Virus record (IMG/VR): IMGVR_UViG_3300002460_000023
Location: 54,861-74,860 of that record
Reading direction: 5' to 3' (one strand)
Origin: an uncultured virus (IMG/VR IMGVR_UViG_3300002460_000023)
Lineage: Duplodnaviria; Heunggongvirae; Uroviricota; Caudoviricetes
Length of the DNA stretch: 20,000 nucleotides
Positions 16,452 to 20,000 of this stretch are shown in pieces (the first letter of the stretch is position 1; each line of letters opens with the position of its first letter). Position numbers and translations under genes: made by a program. The notes below the pieces were generated by a model, which worked only from the letters and a program-made list of their open reading frames with translations, made no database searches and was not told the DNA's origin.

Positions 16452-17040
16452 CGCGTTGTCTCGCGGGGTTCACAGAACGTAGAAAGTACATGCCCGGTTC
16501 CGTAATGCTTTTCATCACTTGTTGCCCAGCCCCAACAAAGACACCGCTAGCAAGCTCAACCCCAGGCCATAGCAGACACATGGCCCCCAGCGTAACACGG
16601 TCTTTAAGGACCGGCCCCTTGCGTAAGGCGACCCGCGTGGCGGCATCCACAGACGGGTGGCCAGCATACCTGTCGTTTGTGAAGCAACACATGGGGCCAA
16701 CGAAGCAGTCGTCTCCTACCGTGCTATACGCACAGATGTACGCGCGTGTCATGACCTTCGTTCGAGCGCCAATGGTGCAGTTGTTCTCAACGACGACGCC
16801 AGCCCCTATCACGGTGTCATCCCCTATGACAACGTTCTCCCTTACAATGGCCCCATCCCCTACAAACACGTTCTTGCCAAGGCGTGTCCCTCGATACAGA
16901 AGAACGTTAGGCCTCACAACGCACCCGTCTGAAATAGAGGCAGCATTTAGCTCAAGGACGTTGCCATAACTCTGATTTGTCAACCCTGGAGCCACCGGGG
17001 AAACATCAATCCGGGCAGCGTTATGAATATCACTTCCCAT
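16393..17040 (-). CDS. Hexapeptide-repeat (left-handed beta-helix) N-acyltransferase, WbpD/WxcM/QdtC-like
   Basis: LGKNVFVGDGAIVRENVVIGDDTVIGAGVVVENNCTIGARTKV...VGDDCFVGPMCCFTNDRY...GPVLKDRVTLGAMCLLWPGV. Start set at ATG 17040 (GGAGG SD). Confidence 0.88.
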   Translation of the reverse strand: MGSDIHNAARIDVSPVAPGLTNQSYGNVLELNAASISDGCVVRPNVLLYRGTRLGKNVFVGDGAIVRENVVIGDDTVIGAGVVVENNCTIGARTKVMTRAYICAYSTVGDDCFVGPMCCFTNDRYAGHPSVDAATRVALRKGPVLKDRVTLGAMCLLWPGVELASGVFVGAGQQVMKSITEPGMYFLRSVNPARQRDVGFPEAVLDGGPAEDGAA

Positions 17041-17437
17041 ACTTAGAAACCTCCGCCGTGCTGGGTGTCTGAATGGAAACGCTAGGGCGAATGATCTGGC
17101 TGGGCTTGCCAACGTCAAGCTTCGCGATTACAAACCGGTCTACACCCGGGAAGTTCTTAGGCTCTTTTTCACGTAGAGATTCCAGTTGGGCAACAGCCCG
17201 TTCTGCGTACCGGGGGTTCTTAAAGACGGGGTGGGTACCGTCAGTCGGGTCCTTTACAATGACAACGCTCGTCCCCTTCTGGACACCGATGGTCCAATAG
17301 GACTCACCCGTAACCCCAACCGCACCAACGCGAAAAGCGCCCCGATAGCGGGGGCGCTTGCTGGCCTTCGACTTCGAGATTGTCAGACCGCTGGCCTGTA
17401 ACTTCTCGTTAAGCTCAGCTAAGCGGTTCTTTTTCAT
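17030..17437 (-). CDS. Hypothetical basic protein
   Basis: 135 aa, ATGA overlap with the upstream gene, GAGG SD. Confidence 0.6.
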   Translation of the reverse strand: MKKNRLAELNEKLQASGLTISKSKASKRPRYRGAFRVGAVGVTGESYWTIGVQKGTSVVIVKDPTDGTHPVFKNPRYAERAVAQLESLREKEPKNFPGVDRFVIAKLDVGKPSQIIRPSVSIQTPSTAEVSKYGK

Positions 17438-18231
17438 TTTGTCCGTTCCTCGGGTGGAACGACAGCGATGTAGTGCGGGTCCTCTTCCCTGAAGACAAAC
17501 CTCCGGTCGGCCAGCGTGTTAATCCAGCCCTCGTAAGGGTTAAAGCGGTACACATCCTCGCACAGTCTCTTGAGTTCAGCCTCGTTGGTATCCCCAGTGA
17601 AAAGACCCTTCTGTATGCGCACCAAGCGAAACTCCCGCTGTCGGTTGACGCTCGGGCATGGGCTACGCGAGGTATGGTCCCTACCTGGAACGTACTCGAT
17701 ACCCATTGCCACGATACGATCAATCAGTTCGTTTACGGTTGGCAGAACCTGCGAATCAACTGGGCTTGTAAGATTCACGGCAAGCCGCCAGTGTTCCCAC
17801 TCTGCCTTCAACCACACGTCGTCGATATCCCCATACTCATAGGCTTGGTGATAACGAACGGCGTCAGCCTTCATCATAGGGGCTCCCTCAGCGGCACAGT
17901 AGACAGAGCCATACTTCTGCTCGTAGTTGTTCATCAAATCCTGGCCACGAGTAAGCATAGCCTTGAAAGCCACCGGCGACATGATGATAAAAGCCGAGGG
18001 GCGACGGTTAACCGTCATTGTCGTTTCCAGCCGATCCGTTGCCACGCCGCCACCATTGATGTACGCTTGCCCGTCAATCCAGGAAAATTCAATCTGGATG
18101 TCAAACGGGTTCACATGAAACTCAATTAGGTCAGCGTAAACGGGCGTTGGCCGGCGCTGCTGCGAAGCGGCCCCATGCTGAAGACCGGCCTCATAAATCT
18201 GCCGTTCCCGATCGCTCTGAAACTCCATCAT
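17434..18231 (-). CDS. DUF3467-like N-terminal domain fused to an unknown C-terminal domain
   Basis: PVYADLIEFHVNPFDIQIEFS...AFIIMSPVAFKAML...MNNYEQKYGSV matches the DUF3467 pattern (Y.N...FDF...RI.MSP..AK.L...YE..FG.I). Confidence 0.65.
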   Translation of the reverse strand: MMEFQSDRERQIYEAGLQHGAASQQRRPTPVYADLIEFHVNPFDIQIEFSWIDGQAYINGGGVATDRLETTMTVNRRPSAFIIMSPVAFKAMLTRGQDLMNNYEQKYGSVYCAAEGAPMMKADAVRYHQAYEYGDIDDVWLKAEWEHWRLAVNLTSPVDSQVLPTVNELIDRIVAMGIEYVPGRDHTSRSPCPSVNRQREFRLVRIQKGLFTGDTNEAELKRLCEDVYRFNPYEGWINTLADRRFVFREEDPHYIAVVPPEERTK

Positions 18232-18245
18232 CTATCCTCTCCAGT

Positions 18246-18443
18246 CTAGCCAGCGTCAAGACGTGCTGCTCGGCCGCTCTTAAGAACATCCCGTAGGTCG
18301 CGCACGGGTATGGCGACGGTTACTTCCATTTCCAGGTCGTCAACATCCTTCAAAGCAGCGAGCCCTTCCGTGATGTCAAAACACAGGTGTATACGCCCGT
18401 TGTGACCACGAGCAATAAACGGTTCAGACACTTGTTCTACCAC
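18246..18443 (-). CDS. Small hypothetical protein
   Basis: 65 aa, GGAGG SD before GTG, co-oriented. Confidence 0.6.
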   Translation of the reverse strand: MVEQVSEPFIARGHNGRIHLCFDITEGLAALKDVDDLEMEVTVAIPVRDLRDVLKSGRAARLDAG

Positions 18444-18451
18444 GTTGCCTC

Positions 18452-18988
18452 CTACCCTTTCATATCCCAGTCCACTACTTCTTTGTGCAGCTCCAACATC
18501 CTGGATCGAAGCTCCTGTGGCAACACCGGCTCGGTGGGGTTTTCCGTATCTTCAGAGTTATTTGCTGTCGTAATCTGCTCGAACACAGCAGGCTCTTCAT
18601 TTAGCAGCCAGAGAAACCCCTTAGCATCAGACAGCCGTTCAAACACACCACAGAGTACACCGTGTTTGTGGTAGACGTAAACCTTCGGCAAAAGCTCGGG
18701 GACTGCCGTCCCCAGGTTGTCAAGAATTGCGTAACGACCCTCATAGGACTTACAGGGAAGCTTCAGGACGGCCCGCCACATGTCCGTCCCCGACTCTTGC
18801 ATTACGATGGGCACAACCAGCGTAGCCGGTTTCTCTGAAAGCTTCCGAAAGCCATGCAGAGCAGCGAGGGAATTACTAGCCTTCCTCAGTAGGGCTCCCT
18901 CGGTAGCCTTCCGCTCTATATGAGCCTTCAAAACCTCAGGGTCACCGAGCAGGGCTCCCAGTTTATCTATCTCAACAGGTGTTTCCAT
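18452..18988 (-). CDS. Hypothetical protein
   Basis: 178 aa, GAGGGG SD, co-oriented. Confidence 0.65.
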   Translation of the reverse strand: METPVEIDKLGALLGDPEVLKAHIERKATEGALLRKASNSLAALHGFRKLSEKPATLVVPIVMQESGTDMWRAVLKLPCKSYEGRYAILDNLGTAVPELLPKVYVYHKHGVLCGVFERLSDAKGFLWLLNEEPAVFEQITTANNSEDTENPTEPVLPQELRSRMLELHKEVVDWDMKG

Positions 18989-18999
18989 CTGGCAGCCCC

Positions 19000-19284
19000 T
19001 CAGTCAAAAACGCACACGGCCTCATCCTCTAGGATGAACCGGTGCTCCTGACCGTTGTAGTCGTACTGCTGCCCGGCATAGCGTTCGATGAGAATCCACT
19101 CGCCAACCTGGAACTCTTGATCCACGTCTTCGCCAACGGATACAACTTCTGCGTGTACACCCCGCTGTGTCGGGGTGTTAATTCGATCCTGTCGGACGAA
19201 CAGCTTGGAGCTCTTGTACTGTTCAAAGTCATCCTGCCTCTTGACTTTGACAAGAAGCCGTTTGCCAAGAACACGAAACGTCAT
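19000..19284 (-). CDS. groES: Phage-encoded GroES/Cpn10-like co-chaperonin
   Basis: MTFRVLGKRLLVK...AEVVSVGEDV..EFQVGEWILIERYAGQQYDYNGQEHRFILEDEAVCVF matches the Cpn10 pattern (PL.DRVLV...G.V.AVG...VKVGD.V.F..Y.G..V..DG.E...L.E.DIL). Start ATG 19284, ATGA overlap; 94 aa. Confidence 0.85.
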   Translation of the reverse strand: MTFRVLGKRLLVKVKRQDDFEQYKSSKLFVRQDRINTPTQRGVHAEVVSVGEDVDQEFQVGEWILIERYAGQQYDYNGQEHRFILEDEAVCVFD

Positions 19285-19754
19285 GCCGGTATTCCCCCCT
19301 CTTTCAGTTGGTAGGCTACGTTTGCCCGTGTGCACAAATACGTGCCGACGACCATCCAGGTGTCACGGGTCCATTGCCATTTGGTATGCTCTCTCACCTC
19401 TCCGTGGAAGGTAAAAGCCCGAGCCTGAAAGAATATGTCGTCATCGCCGAGGTAGAAGTCGGCATAGGGTTTGGGCTCGTTATTAAGGCCGGGCTCAGTG
19501 AAGTTAATGCTGGCTAAATCGAAGTGCAAGAAGGCACGGTGCTGGTAAAGCCATTCGGTTATTTTCTGGTGATCGCGGCACGACCATATGTGAACTTCAT
19601 AAGCTGAACAGAGAAGCTTCAGCCACTCCAAGGCCCCAGGGATGGGGGCCCCCAGAACGCCCTCACCCTTAAACCCTTCACGGTAATCGGCAAGGACGCC
19701 GTCAAAGTCAACGAGCAGTATCTCCAGGCCGTTCGTTCGATGAACGTATGGCAC
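19281..19754 (-). CDS. HAD-superfamily phosphatase-like protein
   Basis: Motif I LLVDFDGVLADY, PIPGALEWL, motif II IWSCR, and KPYADFYLGDD (motifs III/IV). Confidence 0.8.
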   Translation of the reverse strand: MPYVHRTNGLEILLVDFDGVLADYREGFKGEGVLGAPIPGALEWLKLLCSAYEVHIWSCRDHQKITEWLYQHRAFLHFDLASINFTEPGLNNEPKPYADFYLGDDDIFFQARAFTFHGEVREHTKWQWTRDTWMVVGTYLCTRANVAYQLKEGGIPA

Positions 19755-19914
19755 ACTCCACCTCCCGTATGAGGGCCCTAATCGCTTTAACCTCTTTCCA
19801 GGTCATTGTCATCGCAATCTCGTAAAGCCGGTTCCACTGGTAGTCGCGGTGCTCCTCAATACGTCGGTGCAGCTTCGCGCAGATGCTCAGAATAAGTCGT
19901 TCTCGAACTGTCAT
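19708..19914 (-). CDS. Small hypothetical protein
   Basis: Start set at ATG 19914 (MTVRERLILS...), G-rich SD-like sequence; 68 aa; overlaps the HAD gene start. Confidence 0.5.
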   Translation of the reverse strand: MTVRERLILSICAKLHRRIEEHRDYQWNRLYEIAMTMTWKEVKAIRALIREVECAIRSSNERPGDTAR

Positions 19915-19939
19915 TGCCCCGCCTTTGTATCCTTCGTGT

Positions 19940-19967
19940 GGCACCCAAAACCGGGCACCCAAAACCG
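19940..19967. repeat. 14-bp perfect tandem direct repeat
   Basis: GGCACCCAAAACCG x2 (19940-19953, 19954-19967) in the probable intergenic leader. Confidence 0.85.
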
Positions 19968-20000
19968 ACCCTTCAATCCGGTTGCAGAAAAACCCCCCCG

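Noticed and set aside
1..20000. Stop-codon reassignment, CRISPR array, tRNA or rRNA genes
   Set aside because: Genes tile densely under the standard code using TAA, TAG and TGA stops; no repeat-spacer array or cloverleaf was noticed by eye.

Overview
The window is a gene-dense, entirely minus-strand segment of a tailed dsDNA phage or prophage. Read in transcription order (right to left), it carries: accessory genes (HAD phosphatase-like, GroES-like co-chaperonin, DUF3467-like protein, hexapeptide-repeat N-acyltransferase, 3-TM membrane protein); an HK97-type head module (portal, three unknown genes, SPP1 gp7/Mu gpF-like protein, small DUF2292-like gene, prohead protease, major capsid protein); a free-standing NUMOD3-HNH endonuclease behind a structured RNA leader; two tandem paralogous small Thr-rich proteins; a probable decoration/head-fibre protein; a GT-B glycosyltransferase; and neck genes (connector with an inserted domain, HK97 gp10-like, tail terminator-like). 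It ends in a GT2-TPR-GT4 fusion glycosyltransferase of at least 855 codons that the ORF track missed because it runs off the left edge. Main points of interest: (1) a probable virion-glycosylation pathway interleaved with the structural genes; (2) a promoter/operator, small protein and terminator-like leader placed ahead of the protease-capsid genes; (3) a three-way-junction RNA leader positioned to occlude the HNH ribosome-binding site; (4) no recognisable terminase in the 4.3 kb upstream of the portal. All family assignments come from manual motif recognition, with no database searches.
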